Positions 53,101 to 64,000 of a DNA stretch of 64,000 nucleotides are shown in pieces. Within the stretch, counting starts at the first letter, position 1. Every line of letters begins with the position of its first letter. The stretch comes from Leucoraja ocellata (taxonomy: Eukaryota): positions 868,001-932,000 of the forward strand of contig JAWMAR010000391.1 of NCBI GenBank assembly GCA_036785375.1, read 5' to 3'. A model generated the notes under the pieces. That model did no database searches, was not told the origin of the DNA, and worked only from the letters and a program-made list of their open reading frames with translations. The position numbers were made by a program, and so were the translations under genes.

Positions 53101-53472
53101 GAGGATAATCAAGCACAAACAGAAGCCAGAGTGCAATCATTGGATTTCAACAATACAGTCAAAGACTTTCTGGCTGAAGAGAGCCTACAGTCTAACCAGC
53201 AAGTGGTTGGTCAAGTATCATCAGATCTAAATGTTGCCTCTGATTTCTCCAGTGATCTCAGGTTACCTACTGAGCTTTCAGGCAGCATAAACGATCTGAG
53301 CACTTTAGACACAAATTTGCTGTTTGACCCTAGTAAACAACAGGGGCACGATGTTGATACTACACTGGAGGAACTAAATAATGATGCAGTATTTCAGCAA
53401 ATCTGTAACGAGTCTTCAGGTTTTGACTGGATGGAAAGTAAAGATCATCCTACAGTTGAAATGTTGGGTTAA
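50149..53472 (+). CDS. RFX7: RFX7 terminal coding exon 9 (1107 codons, Ser/Pro/Thr-rich C-terminal region)
   Basis: TTTTAG acceptor directly before ATG; long ORF with DDDLTQDSIVEELVL, TPTP repeat, RCRSVSPAV, RSQSVP and the C-terminus SKDHPTVEMLG. Confidence 0.97.
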   Translation: MQRSRQMMTSPSPLGPSESKVLPLNVQVVAQHMQSVKQQQKTIQNIPASPHNDRSRPRYHQILPKPPSTNTLTLTSPTRVLLASSSPIKTVVSGASHPSSLNMVKMTTISLPPSTGASPKPTSSASNSGGVTEKTKSTSTVKVGATSLSAAGSRSSSATTTPTAEVIKYEQEAISNDEKQIQCQDHSRNLNDPRRASGSPSGQRGNSESTTKVKTPNGRISTEKAAKVCNGQKTEGKRSKNDGKFLHNENLAISLSGNNQNSLVVSSALMMSTSISSKSNADTARFHKDNGMCPKSPRKRSPSNSLSEPLVPPVKKALVLEPIFDSAEHQISPGTAVVTPPKLSAGVLVKNEKTPTSQVHTPSKITVKLNTTGITRILANPSSDIQVVTLGCVQTDTEQMSIFQENETADLERGLFSVQGHNTSTKLFADHTDIQHIKRKHQCFFMNTERQAAVNANTIGNSGTIDFRESAWEPAQCNGLDQQPYDQQLHAQNQMQVSNSVQLQGHHPVQLSHPLPLQDNLMDLTAPSSQPSDNYFQFDDDLTQDSIVEELVLFEEQMSLNVDYESALGIPAHSHSAGSQNTLLSHQMGQFYHPIHSSGTPTPTPTPTLTPNPTPTSEMIGSQTCSSPSSRMAQSTPVDSALGSSRHTPIGTPHSNCSSSVPPSPVECRNPFAFTPISSSLAYQDASVISSSPVKPMQRPMATHPDKTKIEWMNNGYNTGMSNPAMLTSGVGILPSYQKLTEDHFRKPHAFAVPGQTMQSYHNTVQLQSRHHDAQMGRVTPVSPIPHQAASMANGNKQEGFAVPAPLDNKGIHSLINNFRCRSVSPAVRQRNLSGSTVGPVINLPRTSLATFGSPMTPEVHNTFVNNISDNSANSIAQRSQSVPLSVMMQNTFPSYQKPTNTKKITNVLLSKLDSEGDDAMRGLGINNLPSNYTARMNLTQILETTSNFANQQPMINPGSSVFEFQKPSYVTKHINNDQMGYISEDNQAQTEARVQSLDFNNTVKDFLAEESLQSNQQVVGQVSSDLNVASDFSSDLRLPTELSGSINDLSTLDTNLLFDPSKQQGHDVDTTLEELNNDAVFQQICNESSGFDWMESKDHPTVEMLG

Positions 53473-53827
53473 ATCAAAGAGTACTGTTAAATATATAGCA
53501 CACATTTCATTTTCTGATTCATAATATTTGACCTAATAGATGTGCCTGCCTTCAGAAAAACATTTGTTCATAAACAAGTGTATTCCAGGAGAAAAAACAT
53601 AACTGTTCTCCATACATATGTTCTATTAATCGTGTGTCCATAATTTCATTTTAGATGCCATCCTGTATGGTTCACTGTAAATACATCTGTGTGGATGTGT
53701 GTGTGCCATCCATTTATGGAATTGTGAGTAAGAAAGAACTGCAGATGCTGGTTTAAATCGAAGGTAGACACAAAATGCTGGAGTAACTCAGCGGGTGACT
53801 CGGCATCTCTGGAGAGAAGGAATGGGC

Positions 53828-53855
53828 GACGTTTCGGGTTGAAACCCTTCTTCAG
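53828..53855 (-). ncRNA. Minimal hammerhead ribozyme motif (Penelope-associated)
   Basis: Reverse complement reads CTGAAGA-A-GGGTT tc AACCC-GAAA-CGTC. Confidence 0.65.
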
Positions 53856-54473
53856 ACTGATGTCCGGGGAGGGGGTGGGACAAAGATAGAATGTAGGCGG
53901 AGACAGTAAGACTAGTGGGAGAACTGGGAAGGGGAAGGGGATGTAGAGAGAAAGCTAGGGCTATCTGAAGTTAGAGAAGTCAATGTTCATACCGCTGGGG
54001 TGTAAACTACCCAAGCGAAATATGAGGTGCTGTTCCTCCAATTTGTGCTGGGCCTCACTCTGACAATGGAGGAGGTCCAGGACAGAAAGGTCAGATGTTC
54101 CAGGTGTCAACTTCTCTACATCGCCGAAACCAACCGTAGGCTTGGCGATCGTTTCACTGAACACCTCCGCTCAGTCCGCCTTAACCTCCCTGATCTCCCG
54201 GTGGCTCAGCACTTCAACTCCCCCTCCCATTCCCAATCTGACCTTTCTGTCCTGGGCCTCCATTGTCAGAGTGATGCCCAGCGCAAATTGGAAGAACAGC
54301 ACCTCATATTTTGCTTGGGTAGTTTACACCCCAGCTGTAGGAACATTGACATCTCTAACTTCAGATAGCCCTTGCTTTCCCTCTCCATCCCCTTCCCCTT
54401 CCCAGTTCTCCCACTGGTCTTACTGTCTCCGTCTACATTCTATCTTTGTCCCGCCCCCTCCCCTGACAGAAGT

Positions 54474-54501
54474 CTGAAGAAGGGTCTTGACCCGAAATGT
54501 C
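54474..54501 (+). ncRNA. Minimal hammerhead ribozyme motif in the putative 3' UTR
   Basis: CTGAAGA-A-GGGTC tt GACCC-GAAA-TGTC; the helix III palindrome is mutated to ATGT. Confidence 0.55.
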
Positions 54502-57500
54502 GCCCATTCCCTCTCTCCAGAGATGCTGCCTCATCCGCTGAGTTATTCCAGCATTTTGAGTCTAACAAAGGAATTAGGTGCATTTACAAGCTCGGCTGCT
54601 GTCAGTAGGTAGATTTTAGCCCAGCGTCTTTTAAGATGCAACTTCAGGTCTCAAAATGCTTCATTGTGACTTTTCTTTTACGAGTTTAACTATTAATACG
54701 ATTTAATAAGTTCTATTGAATTTAACAAGCAACAATATTTATACTGTTGTGTTTCAGCCACGTTTTCTTATTTTTGTTTGCTCTGTATTTCTTATTCGAA
54801 ACATATAGAGGACTTGGCATTATGTACAATACTAAAAAACCTTTATAGTGATATCAGTGGGAACACTGTAATGCAATCCTTATATTACTCAAAACGTTAT
54901 CTTGCAATTCACCCAATGTTGGATGCCTGAAACTGTCCATAAAGGGTGAAATAATACAAGTCATTGAGATACCACAACAGTAATGAAGAATTCTATTGCC
55001 AACCATATACTCTTATTGTCGGCAGTGTGATGCTTGCCTTGTAACAAGGAGGAATTCAACAGTCTGAATTTGGTAAAGCAAACAAATTAGTATATCATGC
55101 TAGTTGCTTTCCCACTTGAGACGCTGTTATGATACAACCTGACCATGGTATATTTCTCTGAGGTGTTGTAACAGTTATGTTAATCTATTTCAGAAGATTA
55201 ACAACAGTGTTAAGCAGCACATGCAAGAATTAAACACAAATCAACTTGGGTGGTTTAAATCCTTTGTATCATTTGTAAAAGAGTATAGACTGTTCAATAA
55301 AATCAGTTGCTAGCTCTTAATGGTAAAAACATTCATGGTGCTTTATAAAAATTAGTTCATTACATAATTTACCTTTTTCTAGACTGATTGAGAGGATTCC
55401 CCAAATAAATTAAGTTCTATGAAAATATCATAAATGTCTCCATCCCAAGTATGGGACTTGTCTCCTGACAAACACTTTTCTTGTTGTCCACAACTCAAGA
55501 AATGGGTGAAACGAAAAGCTGCCCTCAAGGGAGTATTTTAAATTTGATTCATATATAGTCCAATAGGATTTGATTTTTAATCAGGCCATGGTAAAACTTA
55601 GTTGCCTTTTTATTTATTCCCTTGCATATGGAGCTGCATTTTAAAGACTACACGCCTTCCTATGCTGTTTAATGGATAAATGTGATATGCAAAATATGAT
55701 CCTTAAACAACCCGAGTTGATTCCGCATTCCATGATTCTGTCTTGGCTATTCTCAAGGCTGATAACCTTCGATAGTCTTTTACAACTTATCAACTTATCA
55801 AAACTGAGAAGTGAGATGAGACTTTTGAGTTACCCATGTGATTGAACAAAAAGAATCCAGGCAGAATGGTTGGCCTGTTTTATTAAAATGTATGCAATTC
55901 CTAGAAGAACTTGCTGTCTGAAAAGTGGTCTGAATTTTAGAAGCAACAAGGATAAAAACATGAAATTAAGAAAACAGTTTAAAGTGTGAAGATTGCTCCT
56001 TTCGTGAGCAGGCACAATGGGCCGAATGGCCTCAGCTGATGTAAAATGTAATGTTTTTATCATGTGAGAATTAAATTAATTTCAGCAACCCAAAACCAGC
56101 AATTCAAAAATTTGATTGTCAATTATCTCTAACTCCTGTTAGAAAACTGAGCATTTTTCAGTATTCTCCTTTCCAACAAAACTGAAAACTACGTTTGCAG
56201 CACAATTAAAATAACTTGTTGAGTGACGTGAATCCAACATTTGTTTAATTTTTAAAGTTGAAAGCCACATCATAAATTTAGTTCACATGCATAATTTTAG
56301 AAATCTTTGACCACAAGAGGGTGCTCCATTTTGTTGCAACTGAAGCCTTCTAAGATAGTTATCCCATTGAATTAGAAACAGTCATATTTCTAAAATCTGT
56401 AATGACAAATATAGCATAAACTGAATTTTCTCCTTATAGTTTGATTGTTCAGAATAATCATAATGATTATGGTTTGACACTTGATTATGTCCAGTCCCTC
56501 TCTGGAATTTATTTGTTAATTTTGCTATCATGAAATTTTGTTCATTGATTTCCATATTTTTTTTTAATAATGGGATTGTTTGTGAAGATGTACATGCTAG
56601 CTCATTCTTCATTTAGATTAACCCTTCTCAAACACATCAATATTTATTCCAGTTGCAGAGTAAATTACTGATCATGAAGCGAACACCCATCCAGTGGATT
56701 TTAAAACTCAATTTTAAAAGCTGACCAACTAATTTACAGGAATAGATGTACACTATTGTAGTCGAGGTGTAGACTTATTCCACATATTCTCATTGCCTTT
56801 TGTGACACTGAAGACATGTTTTTTTATCCAATCATATTTCAAGAACAAATTAATTTCCTAAATTCTTTCTTGATCTCTGTATTTGATTAAAATCTTAAAT
56901 GAACAAAATATCCCTTTAACCAGTTGTAGGTAATGTAAATAGTTACGTTACTGGACCAGCTGCCAAGAGTTTCTAACCATTGATCCAGAAAGTTCGAATC
57001 TCACCACAGCAGCTGGGAAATTTACTTTCAGATTAGTTTTATTAATTGAATTACAACTGGAATACTTAGCTGGATTGTCATTAGACACCTGCTTTGTTCA
57101 CTAATGTCCATTCATGAACATTGCCACCCTTACCTCGTCTCAGCTACCTACGACTCCTGATGCATCAACGTGATTGATTCTTATTTGCCACCTCAGGAAC
57201 AATTAGAGATAGTAATAAATACAGCCAATTTCAGTAGCATTTATTTAGTTGGTGAATAATTTAAAGTTAGTGATTAAAGTTGTCCCATGAACAAATAGAA
57301 AAAAGTTAGTAATAAAATTTTAGAAAAAATGAAAACTTAAATTAAATTATTTGTTTCCTATTACCATGCAATGTCTTTGCCTCCTCCATATCCAGATTAT
57401 CATCTCCAAAAAAAATCTACGCATCACATTTGCATGCTTTCTCTATCAAAAATAAAGCTGAAAGCTGTACCTGGTTTTAGATCTAGTCTGGTTCTCAAGA

Positions 57501-60090
57501 GCACATGCAGAATTTGAAATAGCTTGCATTTAACCATGACATTTTGTGCTAGCTTATTTCTGAATGGTGAGGACTAAAATGTTTTGCCACTGTCAATTTG
57601 TCTATAAAATAATGGATAGAAGCAAAAAGGTCCACTAGTCTATACACATGTGGACACTGCTATTCTCAATGGATCAGTATATATTCCTTGCATTACATTT
57701 TGTTATTGTCATTTATATTCCACATGCACTGCTTGATGTTCTTAGTTGGCAAACTTTTGAATGTTTTTAAAAATATATATATAAATATTTTATACCTTTA
57801 ATTAGATTAGTCATACAGCACAAAACAGTACATTTAGCTCAAAAGTTACATGCCGACCAAGATGCCTGTCTGAGCTAGTCCTTGTTCTATTTTGACCCAT
57901 ATCGATCTAAACCTTTCATATCTATGCACATGTTCAAATATCTCTTAAACGATGTCATTGAAACTGCCTTAACCACTTCCTCTGGTGACTCGTTCCATAT
58001 ATCCACCACTCTGGGTGAGAAAGTTGTCACTAGGATTTCTATTAAATCTTAATCTTATGTCCTCTGGTTTTTACTCTGGGTAAAGGACTCTGTGCATTCA
58101 TCCTGTCTATACCCCTCATGATTGTATAAACCCCTATATGATAGCCCCACAGTCCTCTATGCTCTAAGGAATAAAGTGCTGAGTTTGGAGTGTTTTATCC
58201 TTATCCTCAACTTCCTGATACGTGTCTGTCAGGTGGACAGTCAACCTATGGGCATCAATTATGCAGAACATAACATTGTGTTGCTCAACTAGTTATTTTA
58301 ACTTGGTCAATTAATTTGCCTTAACAGTCAAAGAAAAGTTTCCCAGAATGCATCAAATATACCCAATGATGTCACGATACTAGTTACATTTCATCAGTGT
58401 AGACTGATTCTTTGTTTAAGGCTATGGTATTAACATCCCTATGATACTTTTACATTTGTGATTGCAGATTTAGTGATTCATGCTTTAACTGAAACAATTG
58501 ACTGAAAGGCCAAGCACATCTTTAAACTTTAAAATTTTAAAGCATTTTTAAACATATTTGCCAATTAACCAAAATCTACAGTCTCTGTTTTCATCAATCT
58601 CTACAAAGGAAGGTCTTGCTAATTTTATTTTGATGTGAAGAAATATGATCAATAGGTATTAACCAAGGGCAGAGCTGTTACATTACATATAATTTCTGTA
58701 ATGTTTTAAAAGTCAATCCATATGATTATCGGGCTTGGAAAATGATGAGCTGAGTAAATGGTTGAATGGAGAGGATGCGATGTACCAGTGATTTATTTTA
58801 AATCTGTCCAGTTGAAGAGTTTTCTGGAAAACTCTAAAAGTGGGCTATATATGTGTGGTTTTATGTATGGGGAATTGAAAAGCTCATGAAAACTTTGGAC
58901 ATTTTTAATTCATATTTGTGTTTCTTTCCTTTTTTTTTAGTCTGCTTTTTAATATATGCACTTACAAAGAGGTTATCACTTTGGCAATCTCTGAAGTTTG
59001 GTATTTTAATATTGACATATTAGCTATCACATTGTTGTTGACATTCTGGTCCACTGGACCTGAACTGCTCAGCAGAGCACAAATAATCTACCTTTATCTA
59101 GCTGAAACAGCGCTGAGCGTAACATGGCATAGTTTTTAGCAAGAGGTTCTTACATAGGTTTGCACCTTAAGTATATTTGGAGATGCTTTTAATCTAAGTA
59201 TATCCTCAGTTCTGAGTTCAGTGGATATATTTTGATCATATTTTGCACTAGATGTCTAAAGGGAGTTTCTGGCCTGGCACATCTCTTAGGACAAATGTTA
59301 ATCGTTACACAAACTAAGTTGTCATTTGAATTGATTTTAGAAGGTGAGACCATACATAAGATGAAATGTCATTGCAAAATGACATTTTGAGTGTTTTATG
59401 TAGCAGTGTACATTGATCTCAATGAGATAATTGTTTTTCTTAATTCTCTTGTATGAGAATATTAAAACGATGAAAATTTAACGTTCAGTTTTTCTTCACC
59501 ATGTTAATAAATGATCACAAGTGTGCATGTGTGTTGTTGAATTATATTGTACAGTGCTAGTTATATTCCAGTAACCTCTTTTTGCTGAAATGAATCTGGT
59601 TCTTTAAGGGCCAGGGATGCTCAATTAGACACATTACAAGTTATGTACCTTTTCTGAAGTTTACTAATTCACATTGGAAACGTTGAATATGTTATCACTT
59701 TTGTTCAATTGATTTGGGGAATTAGTGTTTGGTAAACTATTGTGGAAGGTGCTACAGTAATTTGCTATACATATATTTTTGCGAAATAAATTGCCATTAA
59801 TGTGAGCTGATTGAAGATGATTTGGTTTCAGCAATTATAACTAATACACATCAAGAGAAACTACAAGCATTGAACCCCAACTACTTACTACATCACAAGG
59901 TAATGCTGGCCTGTACCATCATTTTTATTTAGTGTAGATTTTTTTAAATGGTATTTGTGTATTGTACTGCTGAAAAACAAAATCAGTAGTGCAGTAATGT
60001 TGGAATAGCATTTCAGTTTAGCTTTTTTTTTTCTTATTGATGAAAGTGCTCACAGATATTGTTGAAGTTTTGTAAATGGTTTCAAAAACC

Positions 60091-60096
60091 AATAAA
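60091..60096 (+). terminator. Candidate distal polyadenylation signal AATAAA of RFX7
   Basis: AATAAA at the end of a repeat-free U-rich block (58700-60110) that resembles a distal 3' UTR. Earlier AATAAA hexamers also exist. Confidence 0.4.
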
Positions 60097-60341
60097 AAAA
60101 TTTTGTACCACATTCCAATCTGGAAAGCGTGTCATCATGTGCCTTCTGCTCTGGCAGGCAACCAGCAATCATTACCCTCATGGGTAAGTCCAGGAGAAAC
60201 ATTACATGGATTTGGATATGTACTTAATCACCAAGTGCCTTGGATAATTACAATAAGAAGCCTGTTCAACATGGAAGATAATAAATTGCTATACTTTAAA
60301 ACAAAAGGAACTGGTCCAGAACTACCATTCCAATCACAAAA

Positions 60342-60635
60342 TTTAGTTTAGTTTAGAAATACAGCATGGAAACAGACCCTTCAGCCCACAGAGTTGATGC
60401 CTACCTGCGATCCCCAAACACTAGTTCTATCCTGCAGACTAGTGACACAGTCCGGAAGCCAATTAACCTACACACCTGCTGTCTTTGGAATGTGGGAGGA
60501 AACAGGAGCACCCAGAGAAAACCCACGCAGTCACAGAGAGAATGTACAAACTCCCTACAGGCAGCATGTGTAGTCAGAATCAAGCCCGGGTCTCTAGCGC
60601 TGTCTGTGGAAGCAACTCTACCGCTGTGCCGTCAC
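60342..60635 (-). mobile_element. tRNA-derived V-SINE (HE1-like)
   Basis: Reverse complement of the 9102-9420 family: (TTTAG)n, GTGGGAGGAAACAGGAGCACCC. Confidence 0.75.
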
Positions 60636-62893
60636 TTGTTTTAGACAGGTCTCATGGAATCCAGAATGATCCAGCCAATTGGATATAAAATTGGCTCGGA
60701 GGAAATAATCAGAGCATAGCAGTGGAGGGTTGTTTTACCTATTGGAGGCCTGTTACTAGTGATGTGCCATAGGGACTGGTGCTGAGTCCATTGATATTTA
60801 TCACCTTTATTCAGGATTTGGATGACAACGGTGTAAGTTTTCAGGTGACACCAACAGTTTGTGGTTATAGTGGGCAGTGAGAGGGTTATCTAAGATTACA
60901 ATAGGGTCTAGATAACCGGTAGCGAGTCAAAGAATGGTGGATGGAATGTAACTTTGGATAAATGTGAGATGTTGCACTTTGGTAAATTAAACAAGGGCAG
61001 GACTTGCTCAGACAATTAGATGTATACATCGATAGGAAATGTTTAGAGGGATATGAGCCAAACGTAGGCAGATGGAATAGGTCAGCTAGACAACTTTGTC
61101 GGCATGAACGTGGTGAACCAAAGGGCCTGTTCCTATGGCGCTATAATAACGACACATCAATGTTATGTGCAGTCTAAAAGTAATGTTGGGAGTCTTCTGG
61201 ACTTTTAAGGTGAATACTAACTTAGCAGCTACTTAACCAATCATGTTTTTATGCGTTCCATAGTTTCTTGCGCACCTTTGGATGAAAGATTGTTTAAATA
61301 CACCATTGTGATATTAAATGGTAGAGGAGGAGTGAAATGTAAGGCTGGAGGGAAGGATATGGGTGGAAGGGACAGAGGAAGTTATCTTTCATCTCCGAGT
61401 TCTTAATTTCCCTTTTATCTTGCCTACTTTATCCATTTTGTCTGCTTTTCACCTCTAGCCTTTGTCACTCACCCCACCAATCTGCCAATGACTCTTCACT
61501 TGCGTGTATCCATTTGCTAGACGTGGCCCCACCCTTGGCTCCCTTTTCCAGCTTTCTCACACTTGCTCTGTATGTCAGAAGAAGGGTCCTGACCTGAAAC
61601 ATAATCTGCCCATTCCCTCGGATACCTCCTGACCTTTTGAGTTCCTCCGACGCTTTTTGAGTTGAATGAATGTCTCATCCAGTTGATTTACTCCAGCCTT
61701 TTGTGTCTATCTTCAGCTAATTTTAATGTTGATTCAGATGTTGTCTTGGGTCAGCTTGACAAATCTTCCCACAAATTCAAACGTGCCTGTTTTGGGGAAC
61801 ATTTTGGCACAATAGCATGAAATGGAATAAAACAATAAATTGCTATGCCTTACAAAAATGAACTTTCTGATGAAGCTTAATGTGATAGCCCATGCAAATT
61901 GAATACTCTGCTTTTTGTAATAGGGTAGGGATATTGTTTCATGCAATGCATTCATGCTGTGTTCAGTAGCTTGGACAATGAACTTAAGATCACGCTATAA
62001 TTACTGCAAATGGGTGTGACACGAGGCCAATTACATACTCATGCAACTGGGGGGTAATTGTAGACTTCTCTGTACATTGGTATTAGTGCCTTGGGTAATT
62101 ACAGTTCACAAAGATGTTTCTAACATGGAAAATCACAAACCTAAATCTCATTATCTTGGTAATATGTAATTTCCCCACACTGAAGGTTAAAAAATATGCA
62201 CAATTACGAACATATCTCAGTTTGCTCTCAGATCGATTTGGAAGTAAATTTGATTCACATTTAGTCTTGTCAGTTAAACAGTCCTTTTGTGGTCAAGCAG
62301 ACTTGTGCTTTCTAAACATTTCAATCTGAGCACTGGGTGTAGAGCTTAAAGTCCTTTGAGAAAGCAAATTAAAAGTGAGTTGAAGTATTGAGCAAAACAA
62401 TGTATTAGAGTAAATAAGCAGGTCAGGCTGTATCTGTGGAGGGAATGGACAGATAGTGTTTCAGAACAGCAACCTTTAAACAGATGGAGCAAAGGACAGG
62501 TAGTTCTGTCTCCCGAAAAGGTCGTATGTCCTTTACCTTCACAGATACTGCCTGACTTGCTGAGTTACCCCAGCACTTTATGATATGCTCAAGATTTAAG
62601 CATCTTCAGTTCCTTGTGTCCCTGAGACGAAGTCGTCATGAGTTACCAGCTCACATTACAGGTATTTAGGCAGCACCTCAGTTCCTTGGCTGCAGAATCA
62701 CCCAAGTAAGTAGAAAAAGAGATTTATAACAGAATCTATCCTACACTAATTTTAGGGATAATACGTTGTTTTCCTGTTTCTTAAATGGGCAGAGAAATCT
62801 CTTTACAGCCATCCTTCTCGGGTAGAATTTACTATTCTAATTTCTTCCAACCGCGCCACACCCCTCGCCATCAATAGGTGAACACTTCTCAAT

Positions 62894-63405
62894 AAAAATA
62901 CAGTGTTGGAGTAATTCAATGGGTCAGGCAGCATCTCTGGAAAACATGGATAAGTGACGCTTCGGGCCGGGATCCTTCTTCAGACTGAATGTAGGAAGTG
63001 AAGGATGGAGAAAGATGGATAAAGAGGTAGGGGCGTGACAAAACCAGGCAATTGATAGGCGGATGGGATTTTTGATAAAGGCCAGAGATGAAAGACTAAA
63101 GTAAGGATAGAAGTGTAAAATGTTAAGCCAGAGGAAGGAATACAAGGGGATGGGTGGGAAAGGGAGCAATTGTCCAGCCATCTGGCTTTCACCTCCCCCC
63201 CCCCCCCCCCCCCCCCCACCTCTCACTTGCTAAACCCGGTTTCCGCTCCATCCTCTCTTCATATCTTCTCCTCTTGCCCCCTTACAAACAGTCTGAAGAA
63301 GGGTCCCGGCCCAAAAGTCATGTTCTCCAGAGGTGCTGCATGACTCGCTGAGTTGCTCTGGCACTTTGTGTCTGTTTTTGTAAACCAGCTTCTGCAGTTC
63401 CTTGT
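62894..63405. mobile_element. Inverted Penelope-end pair with perfect 16-bp duplication
   Basis: GTGAACACTTCTCAAT at 62878-62893 and 63406-63421. Confidence 0.8.
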
Positions 63406-64000
63406 GTGAACACTTCTCAATCCTAGTCAGTACAAGTCTACATGGCACATATGTTCCCATATATTGACATGTGGAGTTGTACTGAGTAGGATTGGTAAGT
63501 GTTCACACAAGCAACTGCAGATGCTGGTTTACAAAATAAAGATGCATATGGAAATGTACATAGCCCTGACAATTAATTATATCTTTGGATGACACACGTT
63601 CCCATTTCTCATTCACAAGGCACTATCATTAGAGGAACTATTAAGAATACCAGGAGGTGGTGTATCTTTTCAAGGGGCAGGAACATTTAATTTCCACAAA
63701 ATCATCCCATATATACTTGGAGTGCTTTGAACCTCCATCTTCGGTAATTTACCTCGAATGAAATTTATGGCTAAAAGTAATGTTACAAAAAATAATAAAT
63801 AATTTCTCACAAGTATTGTTTATTCTCCAGAAAAAAAATTCTCTGGCTCTTGATTTTCTTTGTGAGCTGGACAATGTGTTGCCAAAGCATGAAAAGCACT
63901 GGCTATTTATCTGTAAATGTTATGCTGTCTGCATAGGTGTTCCTCCCCCATCAATCAGGGAAGGTGTGTTGGCGCAATGTTCAGTAATGCGGTTATGACA

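Larger units (their letters stand above)
53728..54564. mobile_element. Inverted (head-to-head) Penelope-like insertion downstream of the RFX7 stop codon
   Basis: ORF 54027-54368 has RCSRCQLLYIAETNRRLGDRF (GIY-YIG); arms 53765-54095 and 54237-54564 are reverse complements. Confidence 0.9.

Noticed and set aside
50149-53472. 1107-aa ORF as a stand-alone single-exon gene
   Set aside because: The ATG follows a TTTTAG acceptor and is in phase with exon 8; it is the last RFX7 exon.

Overview
Eukaryotic, AT-rich, repeat-rich vertebrate DNA. The repeat content (V-domain/HE1-like SINEs, CR1 with (TTTCTATG)n tails, many Penelope-like pieces) suggests a cartilaginous fish, probably a skate or ray (inference). 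The window holds one complete protein-coding gene, RFX7 (winged-helix transcription factor), on the + strand: nine coding exons from 14973 to 53472, 4422 nt, 1473 aa, with a CpG-island promoter at about 14460-15190. Intron 5, inside the DNA-binding domain, is a minor-spliceosome (U12) AT-AC intron. The rest is intergenic, intronic or 3' UTR sequence with a decayed Tc1 transposon nested in a CR1, a young MITE with 138-bp TIRs, LINE/SINE remnants, a 70-bp minisatellite and about 20 Penelope-like fragments. The most unusual signals are: minimal hammerhead-ribozyme cores in the Penelope-like ends (three intact cores sense to RFX7); short fold-back derivatives flanked by 10-17 bp duplications; a ~330-bp inverted repeat just past the stop codon; and near-identical inverted CR1 ends bracketing exon 7. 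I found no clearly new protein system. Most short ORFs in the track are noise or transposon debris. All family assignments come from recalled motifs, not database searches.
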